DNA from: Eledone cirrhosa
Taxonomy: Eukaryota
DNA length: 64,000 nt
Reading direction: 5' to 3'
Assembly: GCA_964016885.1 (NCBI GenBank)
Contig: OZ024741.1
Span: 22,692,001-22,756,000 of the forward strand
Notes under the pieces: generated by a model
Told to the model about the DNA's origin: nothing
Seen by the model: only the letters and a program-made list of their open reading frames with translations
Database searches by the model: none
Shown: piece after piece, positions 54,640-64,000 of the stretch
Layout: every line of letters begins with the position of its first letter
How positions within the stretch are numbered: position 1 is the stretch's first letter
Program-made: the position numbers and the translations under genes

Positions 54640-54932
54640 CCACTACTTCTCTGAATTGAGAGATCACAGCTCTGATACTACGGACATGTGGTTAGAATGT
54701 CTCAGGAAAGAATCACTGGACAGATTTTATGTTCAAAACCAACCGACAGGAGACCCAGGGGCAGATCCTGAACAAGATGGTTGGATAGTATCAATGGGCT
54801 TGGCTGGTCTTGTTTGGGATCCAGCCGGATTAGTTGGAGACGGTTGCTTCTGACAGGACCTGGTGGAAGGACTGTTTGAGGACTCTGCCCCCATGACTCT
54901 CCCAGGAATATGTGGGTGAAGGAGAAGACGAC
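54640..54932 (+). mobile_element. Old RTE family D 3' end
   Basis: IERSQL*YYGHVVRMSQER..RRPRGRS*TRWLD. Confidence 0.7.
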
Positions 54933-55146
54933 GAGCAAAATGGTTGTCTCCATCCCAAACGACGACACTTTTACTTCTAAAAATATTTAACAACATCCAA
55001 AAAACCATTTTCTTTCTTCATCTATATTCTCAAAGGTAAGATTTGAAATATTAAACATTAACACTTTATATAACAAGATATAGAGTGAGAAGAGGAAGGA
55101 ACAGAAAAACATGGGGGAGGGGGGGATACCCCCATTTATATATATA

Positions 55147-55426
55147 TAAAAATAGTTGTTTTGGAAGCCTCAACAATGCAGATGGGTAAATCTCCGGGTA
55201 ACAAAATCAGGTGGTATTGAGTTAGGAGAGAGAAGTAGGAGGTAGAGTAGAGACGTAGAGTGTGTGTGTGCGCAGTATTGGTGTAGTCAACTAAAGTAAA
55301 CAACGAAGGCTATGTGTTGTCCTTTCTCCAACGCAACTCTTTCCCTTCAGAAAACCCCATTGATGGATTTTATTACCCAGAGATTTACCCAGCTGCATTG
55401 TTGAGGCTTCCAAAACAACTATTTTT
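55147..55426. repeat. Element with ~60-bp terminal inverted repeats next to (TA)n
   Basis: AAAAATAGTTGTTTTGGAAGCCTCAACAATGCAG..AAAATC versus near complement 55366-55426. Confidence 0.7.
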
Positions 55427-55929
55427 CATATTCCGCAAAGATGTTTCCGTTTTCAAATTTGAAGATGTTTGGACATGCGGTTGGTAAATAATTATCTTTA
55501 TGCGTTTTTTAACAATTCTGAGGAATTCAGTACAGAAAAATAAAATGGTACTTCTTTCTGCATTTGAAAGCAACATTCGTAATTCTATTAAATAACTGAT
55601 AATTTATTCATTTTATATATATATTTGAAATAGGGAGTACACAGGACAAAGATAATGGAAAAAAAAAAAAAAAAGATGGCAATACCATCTCCTCAGCCAA
55701 CCTCTGAGAATCACAATGGTTTTAGTTCATTAAGGATGATACTATCCATTCCAATGCACATTGGGACATAACATAACAGACAGACAAGTTGTGTCTTTAG
55801 GTGAATTACACAAATATAGACTTAGCCAAAGGAGAAAATATAGGGGTTGACTTAGGCAACTGTTGCAGCATTATAATTGGGTATTCAGCTGTATATATAA
55901 ATAAATAGATATATATATATATAAGTAAG

Positions 55930-57892
55930 TATGACTCTCTCACTAATGCCGTATATGAAATGGAACAACAAACACGCAGCTATAGGGAAAAACTCAATTT
56001 CCTAATTGCAGACCACCAGAAACAAGAACAAATCTCACCCTCTGAAATAGAATTCCATCGTTCAAAATGCGTTCAAAGAATGGAATGAACTGAATCTGGA
56101 AAAAGAAGCTTTCAAAAAAAGAAACCAAATGAAAAATATTTGGAACCAAATACTAAGCCTAAGAAAATGGCATACTGGAAAGCCTTGAGGAGTGAAAACC
56201 TAGCGGACACAAATGAGATATGGCAAAGTAAAGAACAAGTGATCCTCCCGAGAAAATTCCGGATTAAAGAAATAACATCAGAACCAAATGAAGAAACCAA
56301 AATAAGACTAAATCTAGCACTCCAGAAACTTGAGACAGAAATCAATTCTGTCTAAGAGTGCCAAAATTTGAAAAATGTGATACCACCATTAGAGAAGAAA
56401 TAAACAAAAGAAGCATCGGCAATGTACGAGAAAAACTCTATGACCTTTGGAAGAATGATACAACCAAAGAGGAATCAAAGAAAATCTTGGAGTCAAGAAC
56501 ACAATGGCTACAAGAATATGAAAAAACCTATGGGAAAGTCCAAATAAAATTTAAAAACAAGCCCATAAGAAACCCTCAAATTTGGGAATATACGAAAACA
56601 CAAGAAATGAAGAATTCTCACGCAATAAACAAACATCAACCAGAGATCGGAGAATCCCAAACACACAATTATACACAGACCAAATACTGAACACCAGAAC
56701 CAGATACAACTACTATCAAAACTCCAAGAACAATTACCAGCAGCAAAATCAAAGACATATGATGACCGAACGGAATAACAGAACTAGACCCCCATATATC
56801 AACCACCAAACAAGATTCTACCATTCAAAAAATGATCAACATGAAATGCCAGCGAACAGAGTATTTCACAACAGAAACACCGCTACCTCAACTGGGAATT
56901 ATTTTTTAGGACAAGGTGCCTCCTTCCAAATGAAAGGAAAATAGAAATAAAACAAGTGGCACCCGACGAGAAAACTCCAAAGGAACCAAAAATAATCAAC
57001 CTATCGGCAGGAAATAAAATTGCTAGAAAATGGACTAAAATTCACACCCACTCCAAAAGCAGATCAAGCCAACCTCATAAAAGACACACAATATTTTTGT
57101 CAAAAATAACGTCTAGGAGAATTCTTCCAGGGTGTAGAATACGAGGAGGAATCACTAGTAAGAAACAAAAAGAACTTCAGGCCTCTGTTAAAAAGAGACA
57201 AAAACCTGGAGGAATACATAACCTGCCTCCGAGGATCGGCACAGTCAAATATTGCAGACACGAAACACAAATGCAACGTTCCTACAGACCAACTGCTAGC
57301 ACTAAACAAACTACAAAAAGACTCCTCAATAATCATAAAAGAAGCGGACAAAGGTGGAGCAATCATCATCATGGACAAAAGCCACTACAAGGGTATGGTC
57401 CTAGAACAGTTGAATAACAAGGATTTTTACAGAAAAATCAGCAAAAGCGAAGAAAGAAAATCGATGATTAAAGTAGGCAAACTGACGACCAAGTACCAAA
57501 ATAACCTCACGCTAAGGGAAATCAATTACTTAACCAACTTCGAAATGAAAACCAGCAATTCCTATGGTTTACCAAAGGTTCACAAATCCAGAGAAATCCA
57601 AAACAACATAAAAGGCAAAAATACATCATATGTTGAAGTACCAAAACCAACAGATTTAAAATTACGCTCAATTGTTGCTGGTCCAGCCTCAAGCACACAA
57701 CGTCTAAGCAACCTATTAGACATCATACTGAAACCCTTATGTAAAAAAGTGCTAAGCTTCATCAGAGATGATATGGAATTCCTTAACTATATCCCCCAGA
57801 AAGTACACCAAGAAACAATCTTAGTATATAAGCTTATTACGTCAAGGCTGACTAACATCCCACACAACTTAGGAGTTGAAGTTGTTGACTTC
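55930..57892 (+). pseudogene. Decayed Penelope-like element, 5' part (N-terminal region and RT start)
   Basis: LLENGLKFTPTP, IIIKEADKGGAIIIMDK, YGLPKVHK, LRSIVAG, TNIPH; frameshifts and stops. Confidence 0.85.
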
Positions 57893-60800
57893 ATCATCAT
57901 CATCATCATCACCGTTTTACGTCCGTTCTTCCACGCTAGCATGGGTTAGACAGGTTCTCCTGTTGTGGGCAGTGTCTGGTCGGCTGACCATGCCTTGCTC
58001 ATACAGGAACTGATCTGGCTTGATTTCTACAGCTGGATGCCCTTCCTAACACCAACCTCATTTACAGTGAGTGCTGGGTGCTTTTTTGTGGCGCCTACAT
58101 GTCCACTTTACAGTGTGGGCTGGGTGCTTTTTTGCCGTGGCACCTCCACGACCACCTTGCGGTGGGGGGAGTGGGGGCATATTGTTTATATGCTTCAGCA
58201 TGTACCCATGGGAGGTCGGGTACCCTGTATTACTGCGTGACGCCAGAAGTCACGGTCGTGTGTCATTGTCTTTGAGAGGTATAGTTGGGTAAGGTCGGCT
58301 TTTATCACCTCATCCCAAGTCATCTTGGGTCTCCCCATTCCGCGGTTTCCATCAACTTCTAGTGCTCTGCACCTTTTTATGCAGCTGTCATCCTTCATAC
58401 GCATCACATGTCCATACCAGCGTAACCGCCTCTCCTGCACGCAGCATTTGATTCCTCTTATGCTCTGTCTCTCTCTCAATTCCTTTATGCTTTGTCGTTC
58501 ACGTATATTACTGTTACACATCCATCGGAGCATGCAGGCTTCGTTTCTCTCTAATCTACGTAAGTCTTCCACCTTCAGCGCCCAGGTCTCACTACCATGC
58601 AACATCGCTGTTCGGATACACGCATCATACAGTCTGCCTTTCATTCTGAGGGAGAAGCCTTTTGCAGCTAGCAGTGGTAGTAGTTCCCTAAACTTCTTCC
58701 ATCCCGTTCTTACCCTAGTTATTGTACTTTCTGAGCACCCACCTCCGTTGCTAATTCGGTCACCTAGGTAGCAGAAGCTGTCTACTGTTTCTACAGGGCC
58801 CTCCCAGAGATTGGTGGTACTTGTTTCCTGTGGCTGTTTGCTTGCTGTTTCAGCACAGCTGCTGCATGTGAATCCTACATTCTTAATTAAGCTTCCTGAG
58901 ATCCCGCTACATCTCTTGTGTACCCATTGTTTGCATTTGGGGCAGAGAATGGAGTTCCTACCTACACCTTTCCTACATACTGAGCAAGGCCATTTCCCTG
59001 AGGGGATCTGGGTTCTGTTTTCTCGTCTACTTACAAGGACCTTAGTCTTTGTCATGTTGACTTTGAGACCCTTTCTCTCTAGTCCCTGCTTCCAGGTTTG
59101 GAATTTCTTCTCTAGTTCTACCATAGATTCAGCTCTGAGTGCGAGGTCATCAGCATACAGGAGTTCCCATGGGCATCCGGTCTTAAACTCCTCCGTTATT
59201 GCCTGCAGGACTATGATGAACAGGAGAGGGCTAAGAACAGAGCCCTGGTGGACCCCAACCTGTACGCTAAATTCCTCGTTATACTCATTGCTAATCCTAA
59301 CTTTGCTGACTGCTCCCCTATACATGGCTTGTACCGCTTTCACAAGCCATTCATCTACTCCTAGTTTTCTAAGAGCCCACCAGATTACTGCACGTGGAAC
59401 TCTGTCAAAGGCTTTCTCAAGGTCGACAAATGCCAAGTAGAGTGGCTTACTTTTAGCTAGGTACTTTTCCTGTAATTGCCTCACAAGGAAGAGGGCATCA
59501 GTGGTGCCTCTCCCTGGTACAAACCCAAATTGCATCTCGTCTATATTCACCCGGTCCCTAATCAGCTGTGCTATAACTCTTTCTGTTACTTTCATGACCT
59601 GGTCCATCAACTTTATACCTCTATAGTTTCCTCTATCTAGTGCATCGCCTTTACCTTTGTAGCAGTTGACAATGATGCTACTGCACCAATCTTTTGGTAT
59701 GGCCCCTTCTAGTATTACCTGGTTAACAATACGTGTGGTTATAGTGTGACCTACAGACCCAGATGCCTTCAGCATCTCGGCAGCTATACCCGATGGACCG
59801 GTTGCCTTCCCCATCTTCATATCTCTGATTGCCTTACTTACTACGCTGCCGCTGACTTGTACTGCTGGTCCCTCTATAGGGTCTACATGGGGTAGGGTCT
59901 CTTCTTCCCATGCATTCTCCTCATTTAGTAATCTATCATAATGACTCTTCCATGCATCTTTCTTCTCAGCACTTGTGAGGGCAAGCTCACCTTTATCATT
60001 CCGGATACACTTCTCTCCAATGACATCACAACTATCTCTGACACACTGCCTCGCAATCTTGAATACCTCCTGTTTCTGGTCCTCACGTTGTAAAACATGC
60101 TTGAATTTTCTATCCTCTGCTTCCCTCCTAGCTAAGTATACTTGTCGCCTTACTTCCCTCTTGGTCTCTATGTAATGTACCCTGCTCCCCCCGTTCTTCC
60201 ATTCTTTCCATGCCTGTCTCTTGGCCTTGACTGCTTCATCTACCTTATTGTTCCACCACCAAGTCACTCTCCTCCTGCTTGAGGTCTTACTCCAGCCACA
60301 AACCTCATCCGTCGCCTCTAGTAAGTTATTTTTTAGGAACTCCCAGTTCTCTTCTACGTTAAATGTCTCTATCTGTTCTTCTTTACTGTCGTAGGCGTTG
60401 AGTAAAATATCTTTAAATCTGTTACTGGTTGAGGGGACTGTCAGCTTCCAGATCTTTCTTCTCCAGGTTGGCCTCTGTTTCCGGGTTCGTCTAGTTCTGA
60501 CCGTGAGGTCGCTGACAACTAAGCTATGTTGGGATGTACATTCCTCACTAGGGAAGGCTTTTGTGTTTACGACCATCCATCTGTCACGTCCTCTGATGAG
60601 GATAAAATCTAACTGACTAGAGTGCTCCCCTGATCTATAGGTGATCAGGTGGTTGTCAGGTTTTTTAAAGTTTGTGTTACATATCGACATGTCATTGGCG
60701 TCGCAGAATTCTAGAAGTCTGAATCCTTCCTCATTCCTTGTGCCAACTCCATGGCCTCCATGTACTCTATTGAAGCCGTCGCAGTGTTTACCTACGTGTC

Positions 60801-61491
60801 CGTTAAAATCTCCTGCAATGATTAGGAAGTCCTTGTCGTCTGTTAGAGCAGTAGTGTGTATTAGGGACTCGTAAAACCTATCCTTAAGTTCGTCTGGCAG
60901 CCCCGATTGGGGTGCGTAAGCTGATATTATTGTGGTAATTGTCTTATTCAGGACTAGTCTGAGTTTAATGATTCTTGCATTTACCCTGTACACTGAGATT
61001 ACTTTATCTACCCACTTGTCAGCTAATAGTATACCTACACCACCCATCCCATCGTCATTTCCCACCCAGAAAAATTTGTAGCACTGGCTTTTTCCTACAA
61101 GGACTCTAGCAGACCCTCCTCTCCATCTAGTCTCTTGCACACAGCATACATCAACTTCCTTTCGCTCTAGCATTTCTACGATTTCTCCTGCTCTTCCTTT
61201 CATTGAGCCTACATTGATGGTACCAACTCGGAGTTTTGGGCATTTGTCGACACTCGTAGGGGAGGGTCTCTGGGTTGGCGCTTCACGTGGGTGCTTGGTA
61301 GCTCGCAGATTCATATTTCATCTATTGATTCAGAGTTGCTCAAATGTATTCTCAGCTCATCCATCCATAACGGTGGGAAAATTGAGGGCTAGAAGAACAG
61401 TGGTGGTGGGGTAATGGCAGGGTGTGTTGGGATGCGCCAGAGGAGGAGAGAGTTAGTTAGGCAGGTAGTAGCAGCAGCAGTGGAAATGGCA
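57893..61491 (-). mobile_element. Full-length RTE LINE (family B) nested in the Penelope RT
   Basis: (GAT)n tail, 3' UTR, intact ORF, 5' UTR; TTC at both junctions (57890-57892, 61492-61494). Confidence 0.93.
58195..61314 (-). CDS. Intact RTE ORF, 1039 aa: APE + RT + PHD
   Basis: LRVGTINVGS, QETRW, AGDFNGHVG, FVDLEKAFD, LLYADDL, C4HC3 at 58854-58986. Confidence 0.95.
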   Translation of the reverse strand: MNLRATKHPREAPTQRPSPTSVDKCPKLRVGTINVGSMKGRAGEIVEMLERKEVDVCCVQETRWRGGSARVLVGKSQCYKFFWVGNDDGMGGVGILLADKWVDKVISVYRVNARIIKLRLVLNKTITTIISAYAPQSGLPDELKDRFYESLIHTTALTDDKDFLIIAGDFNGHVGKHCDGFNRVHGGHGVGTRNEEGFRLLEFCDANDMSICNTNFKKPDNHLITYRSGEHSSQLDFILIRGRDRWMVVNTKAFPSEECTSQHSLVVSDLTVRTRRTRKQRPTWRRKIWKLTVPSTSNRFKDILLNAYDSKEEQIETFNVEENWEFLKNNLLEATDEVCGWSKTSSRRRVTWWWNNKVDEAVKAKRQAWKEWKNGGSRVHYIETKREVRRQVYLARREAEDRKFKHVLQREDQKQEVFKIARQCVRDSCDVIGEKCIRNDKGELALTSAEKKDAWKSHYDRLLNEENAWEEETLPHVDPIEGPAVQVSGSVVSKAIRDMKMGKATGPSGIAAEMLKASGSVGHTITTRIVNQVILEGAIPKDWCSSIIVNCYKGKGDALDRGNYRGIKLMDQVMKVTERVIAQLIRDRVNIDEMQFGFVPGRGTTDALFLVRQLQEKYLAKSKPLYLAFVDLEKAFDRVPRAVIWWALRKLGVDEWLVKAVQAMYRGAVSKVRISNEYNEEFSVQVGVHQGSVLSPLLFIIVLQAITEEFKTGCPWELLYADDLALRAESMVELEKKFQTWKQGLERKGLKVNMTKTKVLVSRRENRTQIPSGKWPCSVCRKGVGRNSILCPKCKQWVHKRCSGISGSLIKNVGFTCSSCAETASKQPQETSTTNLWEGPVETVDSFCYLGDRISNGGGCSESTITRVRTGWKKFRELLPLLAAKGFSLRMKGRLYDACIRTAMLHGSETWALKVEDLRRLERNEACMLRWMCNSNIRERQSIKELRERQSIRGIKCCVQERRLRWYGHVMRMKDDSCIKRCRALEVDGNRGMGRPKMTWDEVIKADLTQLYLSKTMTHDRDFWRHAVIQGTRPPMGTC

Positions 61492-62050
61492 TTCTGGATT
61501 ATAAAACACCCAGACTACATTTCAGAGAGATTCCTCCAAAAATTTATTTTGGAAGGACTCAAATTAGTACTAGAGAACAACCACTTCCTTTTTGATAACA
61601 AACTGTATTTACAAATAAAAGGAACGGCCATGCGCACCAAAGTGGCCTCAACATATGCAACACTCGTTATGGGCCACCTAGAGGCAAAATTACATTCCAA
61701 ACTGCAGGAAACATTCAGTCATGACTTCGCCACCTACATTAATCACAACTGGAAATGCTACCTAGACGACTGCTTCATCTTCTGGAATAGAAGCCAAGAA
61801 GACCTGCAAAGATTCCATTCCATCATAAACAATCTTCACAAAGAAATAAAATTTACCATGGAATGTAACAAAAAGAAACTACCGTTTCTAGATATCCTTA
61901 TCATTAAGGAAGGGGAAAATATCAAAACGGACTTATTTTACAAACCAACAGACACACACCAATACTTGAATTTCCGATCAGCACACCCCTCACATACCAA
62001 AAGGAATTCCTTTTAACATAGCAAGGCGCATCTGAACCATCGTAACACAC
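61492..62050 (+). pseudogene. Penelope-like element, 3' part of RT (no GIY-YIG seen)
   Basis: YLQIKGTAM, YLDDCF, LPFLD, DLFYKPTDTHQYL..SAHP; continues VVDF|WIIKHP across the insertion. Confidence 0.85.
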
Positions 62051-62526
62051 CCCACACTACTATTCAAATAAAACCGGCAGGAGGGGATTTTTACAACCAC
62101 TTTCTTAAACACCATTATCTTAATGTCAACCTCACCATTGTCTGTGTGTCTGTGTGTGTGTGTCTGTGTGTCTGTGTCTGTGTGTGTGTGTGTGTGTGTG
62201 TATGCTTTAATTCCTTTAAATCTTCAACTCATTAACACCACACCCCAGATACATCCAAATCTCTCTTATATGGAGTCACACATCACAACACAACCTGATC
62301 TCAGTTTGACAGTCGCCACCGAAGAATGCGAGAAAGTTCTCCAAGAAAGTTAACCAGGAATCTTTTAAATTCTTCCCACCGAACTTAACAAAGAACTTAC
62401 TAGATCTACCAACTCAATATTATAATATAAAATTAAATCAAATTATTTAGCACTATTCAAATATGTATATATGCTTAAATATACATATATATATATATAT
62501 ATGGATATACATATATATAGACGCAG

Positions 62527-62680
62527 TCAAGGAAGACCACCAAAATCATGGGCGTAGGTGGTGAGAGCAGACCTCAGATTGCTGAAAATCACAGAGGAGG
62601 TGACAATTGGAGAGATGCTGTGCTGAATAGGACCCGTCCCACCCTTGCAAACAGAGAAAAGCAGGCATAAAATGATGATG
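62527..62680 (+). mobile_element. RTE family C 3' fragment
   Basis: Homologous to 7540-7700. Confidence 0.8.
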
Positions 62681-62728
62681 TATATATGTTTACATATATA
62701 TATATATACACACACACATACATATATG

Positions 62729-62880
62729 TCTACTATATAAATGGCAATTTCTGTCTGTCTGTATATAACCAGTTGGCGCCGACACCAGTGATCCAATCCT
62801 GATGAAACTTTACACACATGTTAAGATAATATTCAGAAACAGGACTGGCTAATTGGATTTCAATAAAAATCAATAATGGA
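62729..62880 (+). mobile_element. Possible non-autonomous Helitron/Helentron 5' fragment
   Basis: TCTACTATATAAA start followed by (TCTG)n, as seen in such elements. Confidence 0.35.
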
Positions 62881-63372
62881 ACCTCCTGGGGACATCTTTA
62901 CAATGGAGGAGGAAAGAGATGTTTCAGTGAGAGGGGAAAGAGGAGATACTACTACTGTATGTTAAACCCTCCCTCCCACTACTCCCCTTAGGTTACATTA
63001 AGGTCAACTGCAGGAATCGGTGATAAGTTACAAAAAAGTGTGATAATCAATGACCTGGAAGTTGGCTTACCATGAGATTAGTCCGAAGAATAAAACCCAA
63101 ATCGTATGTTGACAAATATTCATACTCCCGGCATGTTAATTGTAACATGCCGTCTTTGAGAGTAGAGTTTATTTTGTCAATATTTCGAGGTGTTGGATCG
63201 TGGGAAGATTAACATGAATTAAGATCTAACTTCTCCATTATTGACACTTTGCAACAGTGAACGTTACAAGGCCCTCTTTAGGGCCAACACTTCTGATTGT
63301 TTATCCAACTTATTATGGTGTGTTTTCTCGGGTTATGCCTACTATAGGGGGAAAACGGGATGGTTTTATTGA

Positions 63373-64000
63373 ATTTACTTCCTTTTGCACCAGCTTTCTT
63401 TCTTCTTTCAATACTGTCTCAACAATGGTGCTACTCCAGAGCAGTGGAAAACTGCCAGTGTCATTCCCCTGTTCAAAAAGGGCAACCGCATGTCACCTGT
63501 CAACTATCGTCCAGTCAGTCTTACTAGCTGTATTGCCAAACTGATGGAATCCTGTGTCAGAGAAACACTTTGGAACTTCTGGAACTCTCACAGCCTCATC
63601 CGGCCCTCGCAGTTTGGATTTATCCCTAACTCCAGCTGCTGTGATCAGCTTATCGAGTTCCTTGAAGACATTACCCGGATCACTGACAGCGGCTCATGGG
63701 TGGATGTTGTTTATCTTGACTTCGATAAGGCTTTTAATTCTGTGCCACACAAGAGACTTATGGCAAAACTCTCTGCAATGGGTGTGAGGGATGATCTTTT
63801 TAACTGGTTGAAATCCTTCATTCTCAGCCGAAAAGAGGTAGTCACGCTTCTAGGACAGCATTCTTCACCATATGTGATGTCATCTGGTGTACCACAGGGA
63901 TCTGTTCTTGGTCCCCTTTTGTTTGTGGCATATATTAATGACATAGATGCCAACTTAAAGAATGCCACGGTACTGAAATATGCAGATGACATCAAGCTGT
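63373..64000 (+). mobile_element. CR1/L2-group LINE RT fragment, open to the window end
   Basis: WKTASVIPLFKKG, NYRPVSLTS, QFGF, YLDFDKAF, GVPQGSVLGPLLF, KYADDIKL; absent from the ORF track because no stop falls in the window. Confidence 0.9.

Noticed and set aside
58325-60874. Plus-strand ORFs opposite the RTE (also 3022-3963, 7115-7741, 33997-34938)
   Set aside because: Antisense shadows of RT coding sequence
61414-62016. 200-aa ORF as an independent gene
   Set aside because: Chimera of antisense RTE 5' UTR and the interrupted Penelope RT
62800-62850. CTGATGA..GAAAC hammerhead-like words
   Set aside because: No stem II, no NUH triplet and no stem I complement

Overview
AT-rich, repeat-dense eukaryotic DNA. 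The (TA)n load, (GAT)n-tailed RTE LINEs and tRNA-derived SINEs suggest an octopus or other coleoid cephalopod (inference). Most of the window looks intronic or intergenic. It holds the last two phase-compatible exons of a + strand host gene encoding a Ser/Pro-rich C-terminus (44478-44769, 47215-48486) and a candidate upstream micro-exon (20706-20733). Mobile elements: two near full-length RTE LINEs (APE-RT with an internal PHD finger) at 737-4394 (+) and 57893-61491 (-), the second nested in a decayed Penelope-like element; many 5'-truncated RTE copies; CR1-, Tx1/L1-, CRE- and R4/Dong-type LINE fragments; two SINE families; TTAA-flanked MITEs; and a 4.1-kb 40-bp satellite. The most striking feature is a set of short (about 100-350 bp), sequence-unrelated non-coding elements sitting in (TA)n microsatellites. 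They carry type I hammerhead ribozyme cores, usually as head-to-head fold-back palindromes, and those with an intact core have a U-U or A-A mismatch at the base of stem II. All calls come from manual reading; no database searches or folding programs were run.
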